Assembly (NCBI GenBank): GCA_964016885.1
Contig: OZ024740.1
Span: 409,882,001 to 409,946,000 of the forward strand
DNA from: Eledone cirrhosa
Taxonomy: Eukaryota
DNA length: 64,000 nt
Direction of reading: 5' to 3'
Shown here: positions 51,895-64,000 of the stretch, piece after piece
Numbering within the stretch: position 1 is the stretch's first letter
Layout of the letters: each line of letters starts with the position of its first letter
Made by a program: the position numbers and the translations under genes
Notes under the pieces: generated by a model
The model's input: only the letters and a program-made list of their open reading frames with translations
Told to the model about the DNA's origin: nothing
Database searches by the model: none

Positions 51895-52581
51895 GACATA
51901 GTAGAGGACACTCATCAGTCCTGTCAACTTCTCTGGTGCCAAAGCCATGATCCAATACATCCAATGAAGAAGACGTAGTAGAGGACACTCATCAGTCCTG
52001 TCAACTTCTTTGGTGCCAATGCCATGATCCAATACATCCAATGAAGAAGATGTAGTAGAGAGGACTCATCAGTCCTGTCAACTTCTCTGGTGCCAATGCC
52101 ATGATGCAATACATCCAATGAAGAAGACGTAGTAGAGGACACTCATCAGTCCTGTCAACTTCTTTGGTACCAATGCCATGATGCAATACATCCAATGAAG
52201 AAGATGTAGTAGAGAGGACTCATCAGTCCTGTCAACTTCTTTGGTGCCAATGCCATGATGCAATACATCCAATGAAGAAGACGTAGTAGAGGACACTCAT
52301 CAGTCCTGTCAACTTCTTTGGTACCAATGCCATGATGCAATACATCCAATGAAGAAGATGTAGTAGAGAGGACTCATCAGTCCTGTCAACTTCTCTGGTG
52401 CCAATGCCATGATGCAATACATCCAATGAAGAAGACGTAGTAGAGGACACTCATCAGTCCTGTCAACTTCTCTGGTGCCAATGCCATGATGCAATACATC
52501 CAATGAAGAAGACGTAGTAGAGAGGACTCATCAGTCCTGTCAACTTCTCTGGTGCCAATGCCATGATGCAATACATCCAAT
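51895..52581. repeat. 77-bp minisatellite, about 9 copies, inside an RTE-type 3' UTR
   Basis: Units start at 51901, 51978, 52055 and so on; alternating gaggacactc / gagaggactc variants. Confidence 0.95.
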
Positions 52582-53099
52582 GCACTCTCAAAGTTATTAG
52601 TGTTAGAAAGGGCATCCAGCTATAAAAGCCCTGCCAAAATCGAATATTTCTGAGTCAGATGTGATCTCTCGAGCTGTAATGACCCACCCAACCCATACTA
52701 GTATGGAAAAATGAATGTAAAATGATGAATCTTAGCTTTTATGTATATATTTGTAATGTTACATTTTGATCAGTTTGATGTGTGATCATCTTGTAGGTTA
52801 GAGTTAGAGCCTAAAACCCTGTAGGTCGAACTTTTCTGTGTTCAAACAGCCTAGAGGTCTATAAATGTAGGACACTTTGAAATGATCAGGCTTTAAACCA
52901 AGCAAAACGTAGTGTAACTAGGCAATATACACTGGTGACAAGTATGTTAGTCTAAATGATTTGTTTTTTTTTACAAGATTTGCCTTTGGAAGTGTTAAGT
53001 AATTGATTATAACAGAATAATTATACATTTAGAGTAGTAGTTTTCTCATAAAAATAGCTGCCTTCATCATTGTCGTCAACATCGCTGCTGCTGCTACTA

Positions 53100-53580
53100 C
53101 TTACCACCACCATCACCGTTTTACATCCATTTTTCCATGCATCAGTTGGATGAATTTTTCCCACAACAATCTCAACATTTGTTATAGTACTTTGCTATAT
53201 CCTTTGTGTAAGTTTCAGCCCCACGAGGTCAGCCTTCATCACTACACCCCATGCCTTCATTAATCTTCATCTTTCAAAGATTCCTTCTATTTAAATTAAT
53301 TACATGTCATATGTCCATACCAACACAGACTCCTTTTTTGATACTACAGCTGATTATTCCTCTTACACCTAATTTTCCTCTCAATATATTTCTGCCCTGC
53401 CTTTCATGCACGCTAACATTTACACACCCAGCTGAACATTTCCACTTTATTTCCTTTTAGCCTCCCCTCGCCTTCACATTAATTCAAGGCCCTTGTTTTG
53501 CTACCATGCAATATTGCACTTTGAATACAAGTATTATACAATCTACCCTTCACTTGGTGAGAGAATTTCATTGCTGCTAT
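53100..53580 (-). mobile_element. Degenerate RTE 3' fragment
   Basis: Tail ttttacatccatttttccatgc; ctaccatgcaatattgcactttgaatacaagtattatacaatct remnant. Confidence 0.6.
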
Positions 53581-54316
53581 TGTCCCTTGTAATAACATTA
53601 TTTTCTGTTATAATATTTAACTGTTGTGTATGTGCGGTTGTCTCAAAAATGTTTTCTCATTAACAAAATTTGCTTTTAAAATAGTTATGTTGTTTCTGTC
53701 AAGATATATTTTATCTCCTGGAAAGGGTTTTGATTGTATATATTGTGAGTATATTTGAGGTGGCTTTGTTAAGGATTGAACCCATTAGTATGTTAACTCA
53801 CTAGGGTAGAGACTATCATGACATTTTTGAGCATCATAGAAATAAGCTCTAGGAAAGGTGAGCATATTACTTCGTTTCAATGTATTTTTATTGCCAATGC
53901 TCTTACAACTCAAGCCTGAAACCTATTATTATTTTCAGTTCACTCTAGTGTAGTGGTTATATGATTAATACTGAGTCACAATAAATCACTTACCACTTCC
54001 AGTAATGAATCATTCCATTCTGCATTATCCAGTGACTGAGTCATGAACCTTGCATAGCACTGGTGACAGGGATAAAATTACAGTTCACTCAGCCAGTTGA
54101 TTAATGCTAGGGATTTAACCATTCAATCTGTCACTCATAGGCTGTGTAGTTACCCACCAGTCTCTATATTCATTACTTATGTAACAGGAAGTGATAATAA
54201 AGAAAGGCCAATTACAGGTGATTTACTTTGTCACATTGCTGTTGGTGAGGTTTGAGCATTAACTCAGTCAGAATAGTAGATAAGAATATCATCAATGAGT
54301 TAAACCTAAATATAAT

Positions 54317-54508
54317 TTTCTATTTTAGGCACAAGGTCAGCAATTATCCAGTACATTACTGGTACTTTATTTTATCGACCCCCGTAAGGATGAAAGGCAA
54401 AGTTAACCTTGGCGGGATTTGAATTCAGATCATAAAGGGACGTAACTCTATGCTTCAAAGCATGGTGTCCGACTCTCTACCGATACTGCCAGTCCACCGC
54501 CCTGTTAA
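54317..54508 (-). mobile_element. Full-length SINE with a 19-bp TSD
   Basis: agttaaacctaaatataat at 54298-54316 and 54509-54527. Confidence 0.9.
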
Positions 54509-54534
54509 AGTTAAACCTAAATATAATATATAGA

Positions 54535-54675
54535 TAATTGTTTCTACTTTTGGCACAAGGCCAGCAATTACCCAGTTCACTACTGGTACTTTATTTTATC
54601 GACCTGGTAAGGATGAAAGGCAAAGTTAACCTCGACGGAATTTGAACTCAGACCGTAAAGGGACGTAACTATGCA
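54535..54675 (-). mobile_element. 5'-truncated SINE of the same family, adjacent and in the same orientation
   Basis: taattgtttctacttttggcacaaggcc...gaactcagaccgtaaagggacgtaactatgc. Confidence 0.85.
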
Positions 54676-57189
54676 GATAATGATAGTGAAAGTAGCTGAT
54701 GTAGTAAAAAGATGTGGACAATCTGGCTTTTTTTTAATAGTGTTTTGTGATTGAAAATAAATCCTGGTTCCATTGATATTGACAGGAACTACTTACAAAT
54801 AAATCTGTTTTGTTTGTCACATCTATTAATATTCCAATAGTGAAAATGTAAATGCACTCTTATCATTTATATAGGATTAGTTGTTTTATGTGTTTGTTGC
54901 TGTACAGTTATCAACATTCAATCAATTCATGTCTCCTCTCATAGTACCTACTTAAATTTCCACGTTTCTCTATTGGTTAAAGTTTTGTTTCGTGACTCAC
55001 TGATCATGAATGACCTTAGATTTAGTATTGATCTGTATTGTTGGTGTTTAGTAAAGAATGCAATAATGGATGGACATGTTCTTTATTATTACATCTCATG
55101 TTATCATCCATTTTCTATTATATGACTGGCTGTTTACTCTTAACTGATGCTGTCAACTGTAACAAGACATCTAGGAGCTATTTTTTTCACACATCTAATT
55201 CGTTTAAACAAATTTTTGGGATGTATTTCTCTCTCTACTTGACTAAGTAATATTTGGCGTTAATAGTCATTCCTCATAACTGTTTGTTAAAACCAGACTA
55301 ATAACTTGGCCATTGGTTCTTTATCCATGTTAGCTTTGTATTTGGAATAATGTCTAGAGATAAATCATCATCATTAGATAAAAATTAAACTGGTTAGAAC
55401 TAATTTAAGCCAAGATAGCTTTAGGAGATTTAATTGGTGTTTGGAAAGCATTTATATGTTATAGAAATACTTTTTTAAAATTAATATAATCATGTCTAGT
55501 CTCAATTAACTTTCTGATCTAAGAAACTAAAATCTGCTTGGATATCTGTTGAATGTCTGGACTTTTTTTATTATCATGAATAGAGCTGACTGTCTTTCAT
55601 GACAATGTTAGCAAGAGTACAATGCCAGGCTAACTTATTTTTAAATTGTCCTTCACTATAAAATTATTGGTTATGTCTTCAGCAATCTCACTCTGATCAT
55701 ACCATTTCATTTGTTCATAAAGATTTGGGTCGGATGATTTTGGTTAAATAGTCTCTATATTAGATATATAAATCCCTTAGTAATTTCTTCATTAATATCC
55801 TTTAAAGTTAGTAAGTATTAGAAGTCACTTCTTCCTTGTATTACAACTGGTAAATTGCTGTTAATCTAACACTTTATTTGGTAATCAAATTTGCAGTGTA
55901 ACCGAGTCACAGTGCTGCAAGAAAGTAATGTGAATGAAATAAATTAAAAGTATCCATCTTGAGTTTAAGTTCCATTACCAATAACAAGAGATACTGCATG
56001 ATGAATTACAACAGATACACTGAACAATTTATTGTGACTGGAACTGATTGTGTGGAACTATATTGGAATACTAAGCTTATTTTATGAGGAATATCAAAAT
56101 ATATTATATAGCAGAAAATTTTACTTAAATCCAGAAGAATATCATTTATGAGACACACAAATTGTTAGAAATTTCTTTTGATATCTTTGCCGAGTGGAAA
56201 TACTTCAGTGGTTTAAACACTGTGCAGAAGACTTAGGTTGTTTGGAGAAAACAAATTTTCTGGTTAATATATCAATGTAAGTACCCTCTAAGAACTGACA
56301 AAATAAGTTTTAATGTATTTACTAGAGACAGTTGATGAAATTAGTGTGCGGAGAAGTGAACTAAACACCAGTGAATTAAGAAAATTCACAGATTAGCCAT
56401 TGTGGTGTGAAGAGAAACCTTGAATAAAACAAAGAAACAAACAGAAAAAAAAGGAGAAAATTGGTGATAATCTTTCCTATGTTGATGTCAAGTTGAAACC
56501 CATGTCTAATCACTCATCAGATCCTATAAGTATAAAATCCAGCAGCAAACACTTAAGTTAGTAACCATTTATAGAGACCTAATTATAACACTGAGTACCA
56601 CCACTAGGAGTCCATTTTTATGTAAGTGTATACAGTCCCTGAAAAACTAATTTAAGTGAAATGTTAATAAATGCATTAATTTATACATTAATCTTGTTTT
56701 TGTTTTCCTGTATCATTCCAGTTTTGTCGCATTACGTATAGTAGTATATTTTACAAAGCTTATTTTTTTAACAAATTACATATTTTCCCTCTCAAATAAC
56801 TTTTTCATAATTTCACTCATGTGTCATAACATACTTTTTAAATGGGTAAGTGTAAGCATTGGCACACTGGCTACATTCCATGTCTCACTTGAATAATAAT
56901 GATTTCATTAATTGTAATGACAATTGCACTGTCATAAGATTACTTTAAATGATGTCTAAATCAGCAATTGCTTTGTTGGTATACCTTAGACATCAGGTGT
57001 GAAACCTGTGGAATTATTTAGTAGTTTCTATAATGCTAAGAAATACCAATTTTAACAACACCTTCCAGTTATGGTGAACTGAAAGGCGGGAGGAGAATAA
57101 GTGGGATAGTTCTTGTTTAAAGATTTATTTCTATTATTTTAGTTTCTTTAGGATCTAATACTTGAATATTATAAAATCAGTGAACTGAC

Positions 57190-58470
57190 AGTGAACTAGA
57201 GAGAACTAATATAATGGGGGAGAAATGTGAATGAAGTGACAGCAGCAGATTTAATCTTACTGATGCAGAAAAGAAAGAAGCATGAGGTTGCTAAATGAAG
57301 GGACTGTGTTTGAGAGTTAGGGTCTTCGCCAAGTAGACTCAAATGAAGGACCAGCCATCCAAGATGACAGTAGTTTGGTAGCAAAGTGCAATTAAGAACT
57401 TGAAGGGAAGACAGTTGGTCCATCAGAGATGATTAAAATATTTCCTGGAGTAGTGTACAGGCTAGTCACTTGCATAGTTAATCAGAATTACAGGAAGGTG
57501 TCATACCTAATGACTGCTACAAATGAAAGGTGATGCATTACAAAGTGGCAATTATAGAGGCATCAAATTTTTGGATCAGATTATGAAGATCATAGAAAGA
57601 GCAAGTTCTAAGTGCAATTGATTAGGAACAGAATTAGCTTTGTTGAGATGCAGTTTAGTTTTGTGCTGGGAGGTACTTTTTAGGCTAGTAAGATAACTAT
57701 AGGAAAAAAAAAATGATTAACTCGGAGTAAGCTCCTTATACTTATTCCATTGACCTGGAAAAGGTCTTTCACTTAATTCCATGTTGTGTTATCTGGTGGT
57801 CACTAAGGCAGCTAGGATTAGTTGGTTTGTGATGGCTATAGAAGCCATGTATAGAGGTGCAGTTAACAAGATGAGAGTCAAGATTGACAAATTTAATGTC
57901 AGATGAAGGTCCACTGAGGCTAATTTCTCAGCTCCCTCTTGTGTGTTAAATCTTCTAGGCCATAACATTGCAGTTTAATCATGGCTGCCCGTGAATACTT
58001 GTGTATGCTGAAGACCATGTTCTTATAGCAGAATTTGTAGAAGAGTTAGAGAAGAAATTGCAGACATGGAAGAAAATTTTTTTGTGATCAGAGAGCATAG
58101 GGTAGAGAGGCTTCTTTAGTTTTGAGGGCATGACAACCTCTCTAGTACTGGAACTATGATAAAATACCTTCAGTACATTCTGATAATGGGTTGGTGTTAG
58201 GAGGAGTGTTCGATCATAGAAACCATAGCAAAACTAGAGTATATGAGTGAGACATAGTCCTAGGAGGGCAGTAGCTCCAAATAGAACTAACTTGGACTGT
58301 AACAATTCTGTCATTGAAAGCAGTTTAGAATAGGTACACCATATCCCTGTGTCGTAAGAAGCAACTATAAAAGGGATGGTGTCAGGAAGGGAACCCTGCT
58401 GTAAATTATTGACTCAAAAAGTCCTGTCGAACCCATGCCAACATAGAAAAGTCTATGTAAAAATGATGAT
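57190..58470 (+). mobile_element. Highly degenerate RTE LINE (RT region plus UTR)
   Basis: ggcaattatagaggcatcaaa (GNYRGIK), gacctggaaaag (DLEK) and tatgctgaagac remnants; ggttggtgttagg UTR. Confidence 0.75.
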
Positions 58471-59819
58471 ATGTGTGTGACATCATTCCATCACTACTCT
58501 GAATTCTCCATTCCATTCTTCACAACAACTGTATCTTTGCCTCCCCCTAATTTATTTTTTAATTGGATTTCCCTTTCTTATTGACACTTAACTGTCAAAT
58601 TTGGTAGAATCCCATATAATATAGTAAGTCCCAAAACTTTACTAGAAAATTAGCCAATTGCTTGTTTAGTAACTGCTTGGATAATCTTAGTTGAGGTTGA
58701 TGAATTCTCATTTGGAGTCATAACACCAGACCCATCAAATTTCATGCTTTTTGATGCATTGAGGTGGACAGAGTTACATCTGATTGTGCTGTTGTGCAGG
58801 AGTTTCATTACCTGAATTGCTGGGTGACCCTGAGTAGCGCTGATCTCTTGGTGGAAGGGGCCAAAACACCTACAGAGTTACTTTACCACCGGATGGGACA
58901 TAGGCTACTGCATTTATAGAGTACAGCAGCACCCTCAGCACAACTATGTTTATCAAGCATTTATTACATATGTGAGATCCTGCTGATATTTAAATGAGTT
59001 AAACGTCACTGTTGCAGTAAATGTCTGAAGAATTCTGTTGACCTTTCATTTGTTATTACCCTATATAATTAGTTAATGTAGAACGGTAAAAAAGATGTTG
59101 TTCAACAAATTTTGCAGGCATATTATGTCCATTGCAGATAGAGCTAATATGAGCTAGATATGACTTTGATTTTATAGTCTCTAATTTTTACTTCAGTCTC
59201 ATTGTATTCTTTCCCCCCTCACACACACTACATTTGACAATTTTATAATTAAATGTGATTTGATGATAGTGTTGAACTTTTGTGTGTGGGCAGTTGTCCT
59301 TGTTTTAGCATCATTTTTGGATTTTAGCATCATATTTCTTTGTTTTCTTCTCTTGTTCACCTATCCAGGATGATAAGAGAACATTTTGCTATATTCAGCA
59401 TAATTCTTTTTACTGAACACCAGAGGTATTTGTGAAAATAGATATGTGAGTATGATATAGTGATATATAATATGTGTGTGTGTGTATGTTTGTATGTGTA
59501 TGATATATATGATATAGTGATCTGATACAATGAGAAATGTTGTTAATATAATAAATGTATATAACCATATTGCATATGATATAGTTATGTATCATGTGAA
59601 CTTAATATTTGATAATCTAAATTAATCTGACTTTTGGTCACAGAAATCTATTTCAGAATTAGATATATTGTACCTGTAGGCAATGATGAACCTTGTAGCA
59701 TTTCTTATGGTAATGGTGTTGCTCTCAGCCTAAAGACCCACATGCACTGGGTCATCGGGTTGGTTTGCAACAGTATTTATTACTATTTGGAGTGATTGAA
59801 GTAGGTATCACAGAGCACT

Positions 59820-61500
59820 GTAGAAGGGTGTGTGGATATCCACTTTTGCCCTAATCATTTTAATGTCAAAATACATTTTTTCTATAGACAATTATATATC
59901 ATTTGAAAATTCTGGATGTGTACTTTCTTCTCATACTTTTGATCAAAATCTGATATTTACATATGCCAGATCTCCTCAATCACCCTTTATTTTCCACCCA
60001 TGAACAACATTTATCCCGTTTTTGTTTTTGGTTGCTGGACAGTAATGTTAATTCTAATTCGCACTGGAGCACAACTCAATTTGTCTTGAAAATAATACAG
60101 TCATGAAGATGACTTTTTCTGCTTTATTTTGATATAAAAATAGAAGGGGATAGGTCAGATAATCATTATGAAATATAAAAGTGAAAATTTTATCATTAAT
60201 TTTCACTGAGAAAAGAACATATTTTCAAGATTTTTTTTTTTTATCACAAAAAAAAAAAAAAAAAATCTCACATATTCAATATAGACATTGCCGATTCTGG
60301 GAATGAGATGGCGTAAAAGCGCAAAGTCAATAAAAGGGGAATACCATGGATGTTTTAATGCATATTGACGTTATTTGTTGAAATGTCATATTCACAAGTA
60401 GCAAGAGCTGAGATAGAACACAAATCCAAGGCTTCAAATATCAAGTTTTAGCTAGAATTTCAATAAACGGATGAACTATTTGGTAAATTAACATAATATT
60501 TTGATTAAAAAAATGAATTAAATTTAGCCATATAAATCTTCTAGAGCCCAACATTATCATTAGTAACACATGTTACTAACAGTCCTGTTGCAAAGTGTTA
60601 TTGATATTCATCAATAAAATTATTCAATTTTATTTAATTATTAATGAAACTTTCTCAGAATTGCATGTATACCTAGATTAAAAAACAAACTAAATGTGAA
60701 AACTTATTCTTTGCATTAAAAAAAGTCTGTATGCAAACTTGTTAGAGAAAAAAATATTTGTGAAAATGTAATCACTGGTAGGAATTATGACTATTCAAAA
60801 TAAAAATAAATCCTCACATCTGACTTTAATAGTCTACAAAATAATGTTCATTACACAATATAGTTTTTATTGGTGAAATTTGACCAATATTTCTCAAAGA
60901 AAAAAGAAAATTAGCATAGGCTCGTATTGGGAATGTTGTTTGTTCCTCTCTTTCTGTTTAACAACATTTGGAAAATAAGGTCAGAATTTTTTATTTTCTT
61001 TGAGAAATATTAGTCAAATTTCAGCAATAGAAATTAATAGTCGACAAAATAATATTCATTGCACAATATAAAGTTAGATGTGAGTTTTTTTTCCGATTTT
61101 GGAGACAGTCGGATAATTTCTACAAGTAGTGTCAGTTTTTTCTTTTCTCTTTCCTTCTAACAAGTTTGCTTACAGGAATTAGTTTACACATTTTGTTTGT
61201 TTTTTAATCTTGGTCTACATGCAAGTCTGAGAAAATTTCATTAATAATTAAATAAAATGGAATAATTTATTGAGAAATATCATTAACACTTTGGAACAGG
61301 ACAGTAACACTTTGGTTAATTTTTAAGTTTCAGTAATGGCCGTATTGAATTCACAACGTGGTATATGTAAGTGTCGGATTTTGATCAAAAGTATGAGCAG
61401 AAAGTTTACATCTAGAACTTTCAAATGATATATAATAATTGTCCACGGAAAAAAATGTATGCTGCCCCTTCATGGGGCTCTACAGGGATACCTATTAAAT
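59820..61500. mobile_element. Non-autonomous DNA element with ~100-bp inverted arms, enclosing a foldback element
   Basis: 59880-59970 is the reverse complement of 61360-61450. Confidence 0.65.
60571..61309. mobile_element. Foldback MITE with ~330-bp inverted arms
   Basis: 60580-60912 versus 60985-61300 inverted (for example tttaattattaatgaaa..ttctcaga and aatatttctcaaag). Confidence 0.8.
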
Positions 61501-63322
61501 GTATAGTAACGCTCCAAACATACAGAGAGGATTCAGTTTTATAGCTTGTACTAGTGTATCAAACCTGAGCCCCTTGCAGATAATGGGTTGCAATAAAGCC
61601 ATATCTGAAAAGCTTGTGACAGCTTTTAATCACTAATTTAATTATTTATAGTCATTTTAAATTGTCCTTTAAAATTTTATTGAAATGGTATCATGTCCCA
61701 ACATTTCCCAATTTATTTAGATCTATACCTACTACAAATGTGCCAAAACTCATGTCCCTGTGGCTTGTACTTTTGGATTTAGCGAGGTGTGAAAACATGA
61801 AAAGCTCAACTTTGTTACATGCAACAAAATAGTCTTTACATAAATATTTTAAAAATTGCCAAAAATGTTCCATTTTCAAGAACCTGAACAAAATAGACAA
61901 CTAATGTCACTAATGGACACTACTAATTTGTGTAATTTGAAGATGATTATCACCTCAGTTTCAAAGATAGACATCACAAATATGGCTAATTATTCATTTA
62001 GGCCAATTTAGGCAAAATTTCGACTAATTTGCAATCCATTCAAATTGTCATATTTCCTAAACTATTCATCCAAATTTCATAAATGAGGTATCAAATGTTT
62101 CTTTTCAGATGCGATCCAAGAAAAATTACAGTAGAAGCTAGATTTAAATATTTTCAAAAATTCATAGTGATGTACCTAATTGAAGGATTGAAAATTTAGA
62201 TCATTGTATTTTATACAAAATGATAGGGTGTAGACAAATTTATGGTGGTGTTTAGCCCCAGGTCTGCTCTGATCAATGATCAAGCAGGCCTATGATAAAA
62301 GTATTCCAACCATGATTATCTCATCTTATTTTCAGTGTATCAAGGGTTCCATTATGCAAGTTATTCTTTTTTAAGATGGTATGGTGTGGTTCAATAATTT
62401 AACTGCTATTTCTATCAGGTCACATGGCCACAAAGAACCCCCTCCTCTAATTGGCTTGATCAATATTTCAGGATCAAGTAGAAAAGTGTCATCTAGCATA
62501 TTGGTTTTATTGTTAAAACTGTTGTTGTGAGGCATGAGTTCCTGTTTGGTTCATTTGTCATAACTACAGTAATTTCTTCCCCATGGTAACAGAAATTGTA
62601 ACTTTATCTCATCCATTTGAGTGATAGTTGGTGGTAGATTTTCTCTATTGCTCAGTTTCTCACCAACTGGCATGGGGCTTTGTTGCAAGGATTTGTATCA
62701 GGTCTTTTGTTTGAAATAAGACATAGGTGTTACTTTTTTTTCACTAAGCCATTTAAAAAAGGTCAACATCTCTTATTTACAATTTCTTCATATGTTGCTC
62801 TATCCCCCCCCCCCCCCCAATTATATCAAATCAGGTTTTACTGTATATGACTGGTCTGTTTTGGAAGGTTTGGGGTGGAAATTAACATGTTATTGTCAGT
62901 AATGTGGTTCTAGTGAATGTCCCAAACCCAGTCTTTTATTGAAAGCCTGTGCTTATCATGTCCTATCTATAGACAAATGTTTGACTTTTGATATTTATTG
63001 CTATTTACCTTATAATGTGTTTGCAGCAATGCTCTTTGATGTCCAACCTTTATTTTACTCATAGTGAATCTAAAGACATTTCTTTACCTTTTATCATGTT
63101 GATATTTTTCAATGTTTTCATATTGCCATCCCAAGGCCACAGTGTTGCATATTATCTCTGGAAAACAAAACTGTTCTTATAAATGTAGAATACGTAGTTG
63201 AAGACCTTAATAGTTAATATTTTATGGGGAGATATTACTAGCTCAGTTTCAGCCATTTTGATACTAAACCCACACAAAATGATAATTGATTAAATGTATT
63301 CTTTTTAATCCCAGGTCATCCC

Positions 63323-63354
<32 letters not shown>

Positions 63355-63754
63355 GTGTTCCAACAATGACCATCTAATATTTTTTTAGGCACTATGTATC
63401 TAGGATTAGCATTATTCAGAGTCATTTTCTTTTAAAGATTGTAAAGTGATTTAAGGGAAACTTAGCTCATATCTCCAGTAGGTTGAACAACTACATAGAG
63501 GCTTCCTTGTTGGTTGCAGTCTTGTATATACTAGTATTAGTTGGATGAGTCTACAGTATAATGTAACACCTCTCCATGCATCTGGATCTGCTCATTTTTG
63601 AGGTTACAAATTCTCAGGCCTTATTTCATCTCAACTCTTTCTTGGTCTACCTCAACAATGATTAACATCTGCCACTAATTGAAGCCATTCTTTACTTGGC
63701 AATTCATTTTCATTCCCATTATATGGTCATATGGATTGGTAGAATAATTTGAGC

Positions 63755-63935
63755 ACCAGGCATACTTTGCACATTTAGTTATGGCCCTTTATGTTCTGAG
63801 TTAAAACACTGCCAAGGTCAACTTAGCCTTTCATTCTTCCAGTGTCGATAAGATAAAGCACCAATCATATGCTGTGTGATGTAATCAACTTTCTCCTCCA
63901 CAAATTGTTTGCTTTGTGCCTTATTTAGAAATCAT
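63755..63935 (+). mobile_element. Degenerate SINE of the central-domain family
   Basis: gttctgagttaaa...gcctttcattcttccagtgtcgataagataaagcacc. Confidence 0.65.
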
Positions 63936-64000
63936 TATATGGTCATACTGACATAGTTATATCTCTTACATATACTTATCTCTGGCTTTCCTATTCATTT

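Noticed and set aside
51895-52581. CRISPR-like array or repeated small ORFs (64-72 aa)
   Set aside because: No unique spacers and no cas genes, in a eukaryotic intron; the ORFs are by-products of a 77-bp tandem repeat
62109-62141. Possible terminal exon MRSKKNYSRS-stop after ttttcag
   Set aside because: Lacks the conserved PRPF40A C-terminal motif and sits in AT-rich, DNA-transposon-like sequence; insufficient support
63320-63342. Poly-C tracts (also ~62803-62818) as G-quadruplex regulators
   Set aside because: Simple homopolymers, one inside a decayed repeat; lengths unreliable and no supporting context

Overview
AT-rich, intron-rich animal genomic DNA; the SINE/LINE repertoire suggests a cephalopod, probably an octopod (inference). 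The window holds 18 internal coding exons of one + strand gene, a PRPF40A/Prp40 splicing-factor ortholog (WW1, WW2, low-complexity linker, tandem FF domains, start of the RS/K-rich tail). They run from 4831 to 49307, all with GT-AG sites and consistent phases; the first and last exons were not found in the window. Most of the rest is transposon-derived: several RTE-clade LINEs whose reverse transcriptase carries an inserted C4HC3 PHD-like finger (one with an apparently uninterrupted ORF running off the left edge), an internally deleted Helitron with both termini nested in a decayed piggyBac, a second piggyBac fragment, tRNA-type SINEs with ~20-bp TSDs, TTAA- and TA-type MITEs, foldback elements and a 77-bp minisatellite. 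The most interesting signals are the PHD finger inside the LINE RT and several intronic inverted repeats or hairpins that could form dsRNA in the PRPF40A pre-mRNA. All alignments and identities were judged by eye.
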